Shown here piece by piece: positions 12,001 to 23,790 of a stretch of DNA of 64,000 bases. Numbering within the stretch: position 1 is the first letter of the stretch; the number at the start of each line of letters is the position of its first letter. Both the position numbers and the translations under genes were made by a program. This stretch comes from Ascidiella aspersa (taxonomy: Eukaryota): contig OZ004612.1 of NCBI GenBank assembly GCA_963924565.1, positions 23,002,001-23,066,000 of the forward strand. The letters are read 5' to 3'. Below the pieces are notes generated by a model. That model was not told where the DNA came from. It ran no database searches and saw nothing but the letters and a program-made list of their open reading frames with translations.

Positions 12001-15000
12001 TCCTAACGTTGCTCGGTTTAAAGACAGCTGCCTCGAATTCGTTTGCAAGTTCCCGCTGCAAGACATGGTTTCAGCTACTTTCCTCCCTACAGTCGAGTAA
12101 GTATCCTCCGATAGAAGCAATACTAGGTTTGCAGGTGACTAAAACACAAATCTAAATCATGCAACGAAGCATCATACAATGTGACTAATGCTTTGCAAAC
12201 TCCTTTTTCCGAGGGAATAAGGGCTAAAACCAACTACCAAGTAGCAAAAGAATTGGTTCATAACTGGTAATTACGAGACACGCACCGTATTAAAATAAGT
12301 GAAATTTCAACAAGGAAAGTGTATTTTTAAATCGTCAAAAAATTAACGAGGTAAAGCATAAAAAAATTATAACATTTCTTAGGACAGTTGTTCCCAACCT
12401 TTTTTAATCGCGGGCCACTTAGTTTAGAAGTATAAAGTTTGCAGACCCCTTAAAACTAACCATACACAATAATGAAAGTGTGGTCGGGGTTTTGGTAAAG
12501 CTATACATGCATTTCGTGTTGAATGTCAAGACGATATCTTACTTTGAACTTTACATTAAATTCAATGTGCAAAGTTTAATGAACAATATTATCTTTAAAA
12601 GTCCATTAAAAACTGATTTTTAATCCAAACCTCACGCTTAAGCTAAACTTTTAAAAGACGACTGGGAATATCTTATATAAAAAAAAACGTTGCAAATAAA
12701 AATAACACAATCTTTTTTAATTTTCATCAAAATGTGTTTTCGTTTAGGCTTCCATTAATTTTGCTGACTTAATGGTACTTTCAAGCCAATACTTTTCCAC
12801 AGAGGAAACACTGAGTTTTATTGGTTCTATCGCGACCCACTGCGGTCCCTTTTGTTAAGTCTGACCTGTTACTAATACCGTCCAACAACTAATCTTTATC
12901 TCCGAGTTTTGGAAAACGTGACAAACAGCAAAAAGTAAGCAAATCACAAAATATATCCAAATAGTTCATGCAGTTGGCGCTATTTTGTTAGTTACCAACA
13001 CGTTGTTGTCACACATTTAAAACATTTTGTCAATTTTCGGTACACTCGCGGACACCCTGGGACCTGCTCACGGACCCCTTTAAGTTATTTCGTACCGAAC
13101 GAACAATAAGTTCAGAGATTTTGTTTCCTAACAGAAAAGTATCGGACTCCACTGTGGCTGACGGAACTTTCTCTTTTACGATGGCTTTTTTCGACTCAGG
13201 CTTCACAGCACCCATGGCTGCACCTGTGGTAATCATCGTGCCAGACCAAGCCTACGTAAAAGTGTCACTAACAGTTACCGGTTCGCCAACCCTCCAACTC
13301 CAGGTAAGGACGTTAGTCGACTGCCATGTGTGCTACCTAAATGAGTTGTTTTCCGTTTCCAAAGCAATATTTCGTTTCAGCGTGGCTTCGCGGTAAATTC
13401 AAACACGAAACATATGCCGCAGTTAGGCTTTAAAGTAACGACTAATTTTCCCTATTTTTCTTTTTTTTCAAAGGCGAAAACGTGTTACGTAAACAAAGCG
13501 GCTGACAAAACGGCGATGCCACAATATCAGATCATCACCGATTTGTAAGTGACACATTTGTAAGCTCGTCAAATAGGCCTACCATGTTTTAGAGCCTTGA
13601 TTAAATTCAATGTAATTCGAATAAGAAGAGCAGTTTAGCTGAATTTATTTTATTTTATGTGTAAAATGTTAAATTAAATTTACGACCGATTTAATTAACA
13701 ATAAAAAGTGGGCTGGGAATTACATAGGAAATAAAATACAATTAGGCGTCGATCGAAAACTTATTAGGTTTGATATTTCAATCAAAACAACTCTTATCAG
13801 TGTACCAATGTGTTTGTCTGATGCTGAATCGAGACTAGTGCTGAAAAACGTTTTTTTATTTGCGTTTTTGTTTCATTTTCAGCTGTGTCGCTAATGCTGC
13901 TGATGGGCAAACTATGCCGATGAACCGAGCTGGAACCGATGTTACCTTTTCCTTCACGAGTTTTGTTTTCTCTGAAGACGTTATATCGAACACACAATAC
14001 TACGTACACTGTATTCTTGAAGTTTGCGATTCAACCCAAGCTGCTTCGTGTGATCAAACAGTAAACCCATTTCTATATATTATAGCATCTAAATATAACA
14101 CCAAAATGTAAATGTCTATATTTTTTTAGAAAATAGGTCCTTAAATTAGAAAATAGGACAGCTTAAAGATTTTTAAAACAGTAGCGGGTCATTAAATTTA
14201 CTTTCTCTTTGTTTTGGTACAGCGTTTAAACCAGTGTTGTCCTCAAAATGTGGCCTGATAAACTTTTGGTGTGCGCCGATAAGTTTGTAGTGACAGAGCA
14301 ACTTGTAATGGTACTGATTTTGGTTTGCGGTGAGCAAAGGAAACAGTGCATTTCTATTTGAATTTTTCAACGATTCATAGGATTACTGAAAATTATATCA
14401 ACTCGTCATTAGTTTTTTTGGAAAAATGTCGTCATACAGACAAATAACAGTCAACGTTTTTGGATACAGGTTATAGTCCACTTTCAAATGCTACTGACAT
14501 TTAATTTCATAAGCATTGTAATTCAAAAATTACTGCCAATTTTACTGTCTGTATGTGTCGACCTTAAACTAAAAATTTTTGTTTTTATTTACAGCCCGCC
14601 TGTACTAAGAGGAAAAGGCGTTTCGCACCGGTCTCGCAATCGAATAACGAGCAACACCATGTATCGTATGGGCCAATTCAGATCATCAACACATGCAGCA
14701 ACGTAAGTTTCCGTGCATGAAATCTTTTAGATATATTCTTTCTACTGTATATACCGTAATCGGGTGGAACTATATAAAGAAGCTTGGCATTGAATTGTCG
14801 ACCAGCTTTCGCAAAACCGTGCTTTATCAGGTCAAAGTAGAAATAAAAGAAATTCAAATGCACGAACTAGAAGCACAAGCCCGTGGAAAGGCGATAAGAA
14901 AAATAAAATCTGAGACATCCAAAGGCTCAAGCTCGCAAAGACGTGTGTGACTGACGCAAAAACAATAACAACTAATAAAGCACGTTTGTGCAAAAGCTTT

Positions 15001-16449
15001 TCAAGAATTCAATACAATTTGCTTTTATATAGGGCGAACCAATTAGCCTAGCCTATTTAGAATTAGACAATTTTTTTTCTAACTTAAACAACATTGATAT
15101 TATAGTCTAGTATGAAAGACGCTCTACAAAACAAATTGTTGTATTTAAGGTATAAATCAAACAAACTAACCGGTATATCATTATATGGGTAGTTTATGAT
15201 TTTATTGCTTAAATAGAACAACGGAGGCTGCGAAGAAACCTGTTCTATGGCTGAAAATCAAATCAAATGCTCGTGCAGTGCAGGAAAGATGTTGAGTTCT
15301 AATGGCAGAACTTGCTTGGGTAAGGACACTTTGAAACCCTGATTAATTCAGCATATTATGATTGGTATTGTTATTGGAAATTCTTTAACATGAATTCCCG
15401 TGGTAACGAGAATTTAGCGAAAATACAAACGTTATTTGCACAAGTGCAGTTATACGAACGGCAAAAAAAAAACACCAAACTAAAACATAATTCTATTACT
15501 TTACGTCACTTATGGCAGTGTTTTTCAGTTTGTTAAGCCTGGCGAAACGCTGTAAAAAGAAAAATGCTTCGGCATAAACTATACAAAAGAATTATTTTGT
15601 AACTTGGTAATCAAATTTATTTTCATAACTTGGTAATCAAATTTTTTAATAACCACTCAATATATAAAAAAAATTACAGCAGGCCCTGATTTATTGAATC
15701 AATTTATCGCTTTGTTTGATACAACAGATATGTGCGCAATACAATGACTCAAACGCTAAAACAGTTTTTACAACCTTGCTGGATCATTTTCGGTATATCA
15801 TATTTGTTTTATATCACTGTCATGGTGATGATGTCATTTTATACCTACCAATAGTTTGACTACCTTTAGACATGTTTTGCTCTGTGCTGCAGCCATTGAA
15901 AATATTACCGTTAAAGATAATAATTATGTTGATATCCAGCTGTTCTCGAACACCAAAACCCAAAGTCAACTCTGACAAGCATAGCACACTAATTCACGAA
16001 CGATTTCTAGCGTAAGACACAAATGTTTGCATTATCTTAACGAAGTATGTCGTCCATAAATGTTGCTTGTGAAAGTCTTCAATATTGCACACTCTTACAC
16101 CTATTCGCTGCAAGATATATAATTCCTTGCGTTAACTTCCGAACACTCTCTCATCAATGCTGGCTGTATAGCACACGTACAACTTCCAGACTTAATCCTC
16201 CTTTTTTTCTCACCTTCTTACCTAAGCGGAAATGACATGTAAGATTTCTAGCGTTAACCACCATTCTATGCAGGACTCGAAATTAACCAGAGCGAGATCG
16301 TGATGGAATCAAGCAACGCCAGTTCTTACTACTACATGGCGGGAATTGTGGCTATCGGTGTATTGCTGCTGCTTACGGCCGCTTTGGTCTTCTTCAAGAG
16401 CAGTCCCCGTTCTTCGCTGAAGGGTGCAAGCCGTTTCGAGTCCGCTTAA
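9046..16449 (+). CDS. Zona pellucida (ZP) domain membrane protein with C-terminal EGF-like domain, 408 aa, 10 coding exons
   Basis: Exons 9046-9106, 10092-10125, 10613-10778, 11936-12096, 13135-13303, 13474-13544, 13883-14060, 14595-14702, 15217-15319, 16274-16449; all GT-AG, phases compatible, 1227 nt. Signal peptide MQFKFVMMVFSCFALRDCSA; ZP-N cysteines (SCGTQ, TQCGAVVT, FVCKF); IHP-like GTFSFTMAFF; ZP-C FSFTSFVF...YVHCILEVC; furin site RKRR; EHP-like VSYGPIQI; EGF CSNNNGGCEETC...CSCSAGKMLSSNGRTC; TM MAGIVAIGVLLLLTAALVFF. Confidence 0.9.
9401..9534. repeat. Minisatellite, 7 copies of TGTTTTTATGGTC(T)n, in ZP intron 1
   Basis: Directly visible tandem units of about 17-20 bp with a variable T tract. 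Confidence 0.9.
10196..10488. mobile_element. hAT-type MITE in ZP intron 2
   Basis: TIRs CAGCGGTGAAAG ... CTTTCACCCCTG; 7/8 TSD TTTAAATG / CTTAAATG. Confidence 0.7.
14797..14836 (-). ncRNA. Degenerate minimal hammerhead ribozyme motif (Penelope/retrozyme type) in ZP intron 8
   Basis: Minus strand UUUGAC CUGAUAA A GCAC GGUU UUGC GAAA GC UG GUCGAC; homologous over about 74 bp (14765-14838) to 33334-33407; core G8 and cleavage triplet mutated. Confidence 0.6.
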
Positions 16450-17443
16450 TCTTCAGCGTAACCGACAAGTGCCGCCACTAATTTGTAATCGGAAATCTTT
16501 TGTTGTTGTGCAGCGTTTGTCTTGGCGTATAATTTTATAGCATTCGAATTTAAATAGGCTTTATGGGTAAGGTACCAATTAACGTTGTGATGCCAGCACC
16601 ATTTTATGTACTGCTTCCTTGGCTACTGTTTATGGTCATACTAATGCCAGTTTCACCAGTCTTTGTCAGACATATGTTATGAACTGTATACAGTTTAAAC
16701 CTTTTTTGGTCCAACAGACCATCCTACAAATCCGTCGCTCTAATGTAGAACTTTCCGGGTAACTTTAAATTAATATCCCTTTTCGGGTTATTTTCGATGT
16801 TTTATTTCAAAGTTATATTTTAAACAGGTAATTTGTGTAATTGTATTCCAGACATAGCCTATCTGGTTGTCTTCTTAAAGTTTGTGTCATGTTTGTCTTT
16901 TGTTCAATTTAGAAGACGAGTTTCAATTTTGAAACTATAGATTCATATTGATGATACTAACCAAACGAAAATGCTATCGCTGTTCACTTCTTTAAATTGT
17001 CCTTGCTAAATATTTCGTTTTGTCGATCATGTTTTAAATGCATTCCGGGACAACATACATGGATATTGCAAAACTTAAATCAGCGTCTTTTTACGTTTTT
17101 AGGAAAACCTAACCCCAACGATCGTAGCTAAGCTTTGTCAAAACCAAAAGGTTGAAGTATAAAAATAATACAAAAGAAAAAAAATACAAAAGGGCAGTTA
17201 AACTCCAGTAAAAATGAGCAACTAAATCATATGTAAAATATGGTTGTTTTCAGCCAAGTGGTCATAATGTAGGGGCAGTAATGATTTGCTCAAAACTCAA
17301 AAATAAATTTGAATATTTTTTCAAACTTTCATATTATGAGAGTTATGGTAAACGCAAGATCACACAGAAACAATATGGCTTGCATTAAACCTAAAAATAT
17401 GGGTTCATAAATGTAGACAATATAATGATTGAATTGTAATAAG

Positions 17444-18352
17444 TAAGGCGGTTATTTTTTGACCAAAAAAATGAGAAATTTTGACCTAAAAAATTGAACT
17501 TTGACAAATTTTCACATGGGAATTTTAATTTTTTGACAAAATTTTGACATATTAGAAATGCATAAATTTTAACATCAAATTGTTGTATAAAGTATTAAAC
17601 TAGTGGCTTGGCTAGTCGTCAACCACATAATTTTGATGTTTGTCGAACACAAATCAGTTATTTTTTCAGGTTTATGCAAAACTCATAAAACTGCTTAATT
17701 GATGTTTTCGTCACTTCAAAAAGACAAACAGCGATACAAATGCCAAAGAAAAACAAAACGCTGGTTATTTTAGAAAAACGCTGTGTAAACAGTTGGAATA
17801 ACAGGTAAAAATAATTGCAAAAAATTAACAATTAGGACCTAATATATTATCCAAACAAGAAATAGGACAATTCACCCGATTCGACTTTTTTTTGTTTTTG
17901 TTTTTAACGCTTGTAGCGCTCATATTAGGATAGCTTACAGCGTCCAATTTTTAACACATGTTCTAACACAGACGCTTTAAAGCCCCGAATTATCCTAATA
18001 AGCGTTATCGAATCAAAAAAAAAAAGGAAGTACTGTTCAAAACTATCGGCTAACTCAGAAATATACAACTCCACAAAACATAAAGAAGTTCAAACTGAAC
18101 CTAATGCGATAAACTAGTCCTGGATCGTTAATTCTGACGGCTCGTGTGTACCGTAATATTGCTCTAGCAAAGATTTAATACGGTTAAAATGTGTTTAAAC
18201 GTAATAAAAAACTAAATTGTTATGATAAAATGTTAACTGAACGACAATTTCAAATTGCTGACTATACGTTTTTTTAATTTGTAAATGATTACTGTACATT
18301 TTAATTGATTTTGACAAATTAAAAAATTTTAAGTCAAAAAATAATCGCCCTA
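17444..18352. mobile_element. hAT (Ac-like) MITE
   Basis: TIRs TAAGGCGGTTATTTTTTGAC ... GTCAAAAAATAATCGCCCTA; 7/8 TSD GTAATAAG / GTAATAGG. Confidence 0.7.
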
Positions 18353-19778
18353 GTAATAGGCATCTGGTTTATGAAAGTTTTGAAAAAAGGGCAACTTTTA
18401 TTTAAAGAACATTCATTATTTTTTCAAACCCCATGTTAAACCACGGTTGATGTTGAGGGTGCAAATATCCCCCGTAGATACCGCGAAATATTAACAAAAT
18501 AAACTTGCGTTGTTATTCTGGTCGTTGGGTTTTTTACAGCGATTTGTTGAGTTAGGTAATTGGTTTAGGCCTCGAAAATGTTTTTTTTGTGATTTCACGT
18601 TTTTTTATTCCTGATTGAATAGCATTGTAGTGGCAAGCTTATATTCGTTCAGCGTGTTCTGGTGCATGACACCCGTTGTAACGTGCGCGACACGCAAACA
18701 CAAAAGCACACAAAAAAGGCAATTGCAAACACGTACGTAAAAAGGTACAAGACAGACTTCGGTTAATGTGCCGCAGGGTCTACACCACTGGTTGCGTCTG
18801 ATCTACATATGCAGGTCTAAGGTGATCAACACATATCGGAAAATAGTTATTCCATAGACCAACTCCGCGTTTGGTGCTTTTAATTCCTCTTTTGGTTTGC
18901 GGTAGCACGATTCACGAGCAGAACCCAGGGAAATTCGTCCGTCCAGTTAGCTACTGACATTCGTGCCATTAAAACGCTTTTTAAATGCCGGTGAAAGCGT
19001 TCGATGAGACCGTTGGCTTGGGGGTGATAACTGATAAGATGTAGTGCATCTATGCTTAACTCCAATAAGCTGAGTGACATTAGACCACAGCTACGACGTA
19101 AATTGTGGTCTTTAATTGGAGGACATTTCCAAAGGAACGCCAAAGCAGGCAAACCAATGAAACGCAAATGCACGTACAATCGTGCATACGTTTCTGTTGA
19201 AGCGTCAGGCATTGGGACTTTCTCCAGCCACCTCAGAAACCGATCTACAATTGTTAGCAAATACCTGTTGCCTTTCGATGTGGCTAGAGGTCCGACAATA
19301 TGCACGTTGACAAGTTGAAATCAAGCTGTTGGAATGGAATAGGTCTCCAATGGTGAATAAACATGGCGCTACTATTTTGGTGTTTGACACTTAATACATT
19401 CTCCATTTCTGTATTTGTTTGTTTAAACATTAAACCATACCATACAAACTTAGTTCATATGAGCTTTTAAGTTGCACGAATGGAGGGATAGACTAGACCG
19501 TGAACTGCGTCAAAAACCTTTTTCGCCAAGTTTTTGGTATAATGTCCGTGGATTACCTGTGGAAATGTCACACAAAATAGTTACACTGGACGGTCCAATA
19601 AAAATATTCTCGAACTTTAATTTTGAAATAGTGGTACGTTAGGCTTGCACTTCCGGATCCTAAGGTAAACTATATAGTGTCAAGACAATACTTTGTATAT
19701 CGGGGACATTATTCGTGCTGCAACTGGAATAAATCTGTGATCGAAATTGACCATACCTGAAAAAATCTTTTATTGTTT

Positions 19779-20696
19779 CAACTGTTAAAAATAGTGTTAG
19801 CTCCACCAGGCAATATATCAATAGATAGAAATCGCTCTTCTGGTGTAAACGAAGTATAAACGTTTTTGTTTTTGACGTTTCGGCAGCAGATACCAGCTGG
19901 CTTCATCAGGGCTAATAATTAAAACGAGAGTGCGCTAGCGATCTTATATACTGAGAAGTGAAAAATTAAAAAAACCTAGATTAGAAATAATAATTCTAGA
20001 CGTCGCTGAAGTATGCGATAAGCTGTGACGCGACGAAGTCATCCGGTGTAGAACTGCAACGTTGGACAACGAGCGATTATCAGCCCTGGCGTTAGCTACA
20101 ACGACGAGCAAATAGCCGGATACCACGAACCCTTTTTGTACATGGTGTTAGGACATTTGTCGATCCGGAATGATTCAATGAACCGTCCTTTGTAAAAATG
20201 CGGTTCCCAGTCAAGAATTTGACAATTATCCCAATCAATTCCGTGTCGAAGTTCAACCGCATGCTCGCCAGAGCTGACCGGGATGTCCTTTCGTGGCGGA
20301 CATCACGCATATATTCAAGTTTTCTGGTGTGAAATGAACGTTTAGTTTTCCCTATGTATGTTGCCGAACATACTCCACAGGAAATCTCATAAACAGCCCC
20401 TTGACGTTTTTCTGGTTTAACAGGATCTTTTGGTGAAGATAAAATGTATCCAATTTTTCTGGCCGATTTGAAAGCTGTGAAAATGTCGTGACTTTTCAAA
20501 ATACGTTTCAGTTTTTCTCCCAGACCTGGAATGTAAGGAATAATAGCCAGACCTTTAGGTTCTGGTTTAGCTGCTAGATTGTTAGATTTGTTTTGGGGTT
20601 TGAACAGCCAGTCTGGGTATATCCGTTTATTCTCATGGCCTTTTTAACATGTTTAATTTCGTTAACTTCGTTTATAACAGAAGAGCGATTTCTATG
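19779..20696 (-). mobile_element. 5'-truncated Penelope-like retroelement (GIY-YIG endonuclease, pLTR)
   Basis: ORF 20092-20499 GAVYEISCGVCSATYIGKTKRSFHTRKLEY (GIY-YIG); 8-bp TSD TATTGTTT (19771-19778 / 20697-20704); inverted partial pLTR copy at about 20665-20696 vs about 19822-19857; CTGATGA...CGAAACGTC motif in the pLTR. Confidence 0.85.
19874..19912 (-). ncRNA. Hammerhead ribozyme core in the Penelope pLTR (stem I not formed in this copy)
   Basis: Minus strand GCC CUGAUGA A GCCAGC UGGUAUCU GCUGCC GAAAC GUC; stem II 5 of 6 bp; palindromic ACGU in place of helix III. Confidence 0.6.
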
Positions 20697-21987
20697 TATT
20701 GTTTAAGTGTTGTTGGTTTTGGAAAGCGACGGATTATTAAAACTTTGTCTGGGAGTGGTCTTGCTCCATTCGAGTCGACGCGAAGACCAAGGAAGTCAAT
20801 TGTAGATTTTTCAAACAGGCACTTGTTTAAGTTAATCACAAGTCCGTTATCTAAAACTTAAATCATCGTCTTTCATCTCTTTTTAAGCAAATAGAACCGA
20901 TCGTCCTTAAGCTTCGTCAAAACCATAAGGTTGAAGCATAAAGATAATACAAAAGACTTGGCAGTTGGTGTAAAAATCCGTCGCTTTCCACATAAAGCTG
21001 ATTGTAAGAAAGTCGCTTTTGTCAATGTACGTTTTTTCGTCTAGCGCAATAGGCTATTCATTCGTTGAAATTATCACACAGCACAATGTGATTGTCTATA
21101 CATGAGTTCACTATAAGCAGCAGTACAAGGTTACTGCTGTTTGGGCTACAGCAGCAGAATAGGGTGCGACGAAGGCAGCATTTATTGCGAAAAGGTTGTT
21201 AATGGGGAAATGGATGCAGTGCTGTCGACACACAAGCAGTAAAGCTATAAGAAGTCACGATCGACCGTTCGGTCGCCACCTTTCACCTGGTTGATCGCGT
21301 TATGTGGAGGATTTTTAAAATAGCGTTCTTCGAGCAACATTAACATGAGTAGAGGAAAAACCAAACCATAAACCTTGATAAATTGCTGGAGCAGATTGTT
21401 TCTGGCTAAAAGTATGGAATGTGATATGACACGGTTCGTATAAATACAATGCATTCCCAAAAAACGAAAAAAATGCTAATATTATTTTTCGCTTGTCCTT
21501 ATTTTTGGGTCCATGTCGATGGCAACCCTGACTATAGGAGTGAGGTGATTTTATTAAAACAAATTGCGCTCCCAAAGGCTAACGAAATCTGCAAGACTAT
21601 ATACTGTTTGATCTAAAATAAACCTTTATTGGTCAAAACCTTAAATGGCTTCGTCTATTAAGAACCACCAAGTAAAGTTATACCTATACTGGCTTAACGA
21701 AACTTTAAAATAAAGCAAATCCTACGGTAACAACTTATCTAGATAGGATGCCCTTAGCAAGAGCCTGCCTTGTAAAATGGTTCATGATGCCACACGCCAT
21801 CTAGCGATTTAGCTTCTACGTTTTTAATGCCGCTTCTTACATTTGTGATAATACTTTCTTTAGGAAGACATAGACTATATTTTTAACAATATTTATTTTC
21901 CATTATGCTTTGTCGACTGTTGGCACGTCATTTTAGTCTTGAGCTGGTACTTTAAGCTGATTATTAGGGAAAAACCTATATGTTAGC

Positions 21988-23081
21988 CAGTGGTCGGCAA
22001 ACTGTGGGCCGCGGCTCAAATGTGGGCCGCAAAGCCATTTTTAGTGGGCCGCGAGTTACTTTTGAATAGTTTCATATTATCATGTAGCCAGGGGCGCCCG
22101 CAGAAAATTTTACAGGGGGGGAATCAGGGGCGTAACCAGAAAATCGGAAAGGAGGGTCATGAATTTTCAACTTAGGGAATTCCCTTATTTTTCGTCTGAT
22201 GTTAATGAATAATGACGTCATCAAACAGTGACAGTATGAAGTCATAGAATGGTGATTGCAAAACGTCATAAAAAAGGTGTGTCCATTGCACACTTAGCAC
22301 GTGGTCTCAAAATATGCTTAAAGAGTATCATTTTGCGTTAACCATCATTACATAAAAGTGGAGACTTTGAAACGCGCACGACAGTCACCATTATACCTCA
22401 TTTTAAGAATCTGCTTCAGTATAACAAATGTCGATGTTACACCAACATCGGATATTAGCGGCACGCCGCTTCAGCAGTTTGTTAAACAATGACAAAACCG
22501 AACAAAAAAAACGATAATATCACTTACAAAAAGAGTGGCTAATAACTCCCGCTCCCCCGGATACGCCACTGGAGATGATGGATAATGTATAATATTTTTA
22601 ACCTTCATAAGTGATACATATTACACTTACAAATAATACTAATAATCGCATTTTGAAATTCCAGGGGGGCAAGTGCCCCCCTTGCCCCTCCGTGCGGGCG
22701 CCCATGGATTTAGCCTACTTGTTGGACGCGTATAGCCGTACATTCATTGCACTTTATTTTAATATTTATGTGGCTAAAAAATATGTCTCAGACTGGTTTA
22801 GACCCACCTGCCAAATGTGGTCCTGAGAACCTGCCGAACTATATTTTTTGCCAACTTTAATTACGGTATATGTAAACGCATTTTTTTTATGTTTTTCTTT
22901 TATAGCATGATGTACATTATGGCATGGCTGTATTTTGGGTACTGAGGCTCTATGTAATATTTCACTTTAACAACAAATATTCTGAATCCGCCACTGTTTT
23001 CGTAATGGTTTTACATAGTGGGCTTTCAATAGCTCTGAAAGCAGTGCTTTGGGCCCCGACAAAAAAGTTTGCCGACCACTG
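21988..23081. mobile_element. hAT MITE containing two further nested MITEs (22089-22706 and 22125-22571)
   Basis: Outer TIRs CAGTGGTCGGCAAAC ... GTTTGCCGACCACTG, TSD TGTTAGC / TGTTAAGC; middle CAGGGGCGCCCGCA ... TGCGGGCGCCCATG; inner CAGGGGCGTAACC ... GGATACGCCACTG. Confidence 0.8.
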
Positions 23082-23433
23082 TGTTAAGCGGTTTAAAATC
23101 TGTAAAAGCAACATGGAAGTTAGGAATAAATCGAGTGACCTGAATTGTAGAAAAACACTTTTATTAGAAACTAGATCTAAATGAAGTATAAAATAAATTT
23201 GAAATTGTAAACCCGTTGTTTTGAACACAGTTAGAGGACAAAAATCTTGCGGTAAAACATCATCACCGTAAATGGTAAACAAGAATTAAATTTAGCTTAT
23301 TGAATCAAGTTGGTGCAATTAGACGACAAATTCAATCATATTGGTATATTTAATGACAAACAATATTATATACAACAATACTACTTTAAGTACCGGAAAG
23401 CGTCCAACATTTATACCATGTGTCCTATGTACT

Positions 23434-23790
23434 CAATTCGATCCTGTTGTTCGATCGGTCGCACATATTTTCTCGGTGCTTACCATGATGTGCTGAACAT
23501 TGTGCGTTCCGTGTTTAAACTTGATGTTGACTGTTGTGCGTTCAAATCACGAATAATAAGTCGGAGAAGTGTGCCACGCGCACGACCAGCGCGGCCTATC
23601 TTTTAATGATAAGGCCGAAGCTCATTAGGCAGGATAACAACTGTTTAATGTCGCTGGTATTTGGACCACCAGGTGAGATTGGCTGTAGCGTGCCCGAGAA
23701 TCCTTATCGGTGTCCGGCACAATAACATTAATTATCGCGACATTACAAAGTCGGACAAATCGACGAAACAATTTGCTAAAATATCTACGT
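23434..23790 (-). pseudogene. 5' remnant (promoter plus start of exon 1) of a Tbx6-related gene A-type copy
   Basis: Colinear with 27704-28065; ATG mutated to ACG, TACAAATA box deleted, rest of gene absent; upstream homology continues (about 24570-25060 vs about 28530-28970). Confidence 0.85.

Larger units (their letters stand above)
18780..20870 (-). mobile_element. Degenerate Ty3/Gypsy LTR retrotransposon pol remnant (RT end, linker, integrase), split by a Penelope insertion
   Basis: Minus-strand fragments NLNKCLFEKSTIDFLGLRVDSNGARPLPDKV...FPKPTTLKQ (about 20700-20860), GMVNFDHRFIPVAARIMSP (about 19700-19770), integrase HIVGPL...YLLTIVDRF...YHPQANGLIERFHRHLK (18880-19305), VDHLRPAY; frameshifts and stops. 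Confidence 0.85.

Noticed and set aside
16425-16460. CTGAAGA...GAAAC on the minus strand at the ZP stop codon, and CTGAAGA...GAAACTA at 30368 in gene B exon 1
   Set aside because: No valid stem II or stem I; explained by coding sequence
17108-20957. About 65-bp direct repeats at ~17110-17178 and ~20895-20957 flanking the retroelement debris, considered as LTRs
   Set aside because: No TG...CA ends, PBS or PPT, and they do not match the Gypsy boundaries; likely fragments of another repeat
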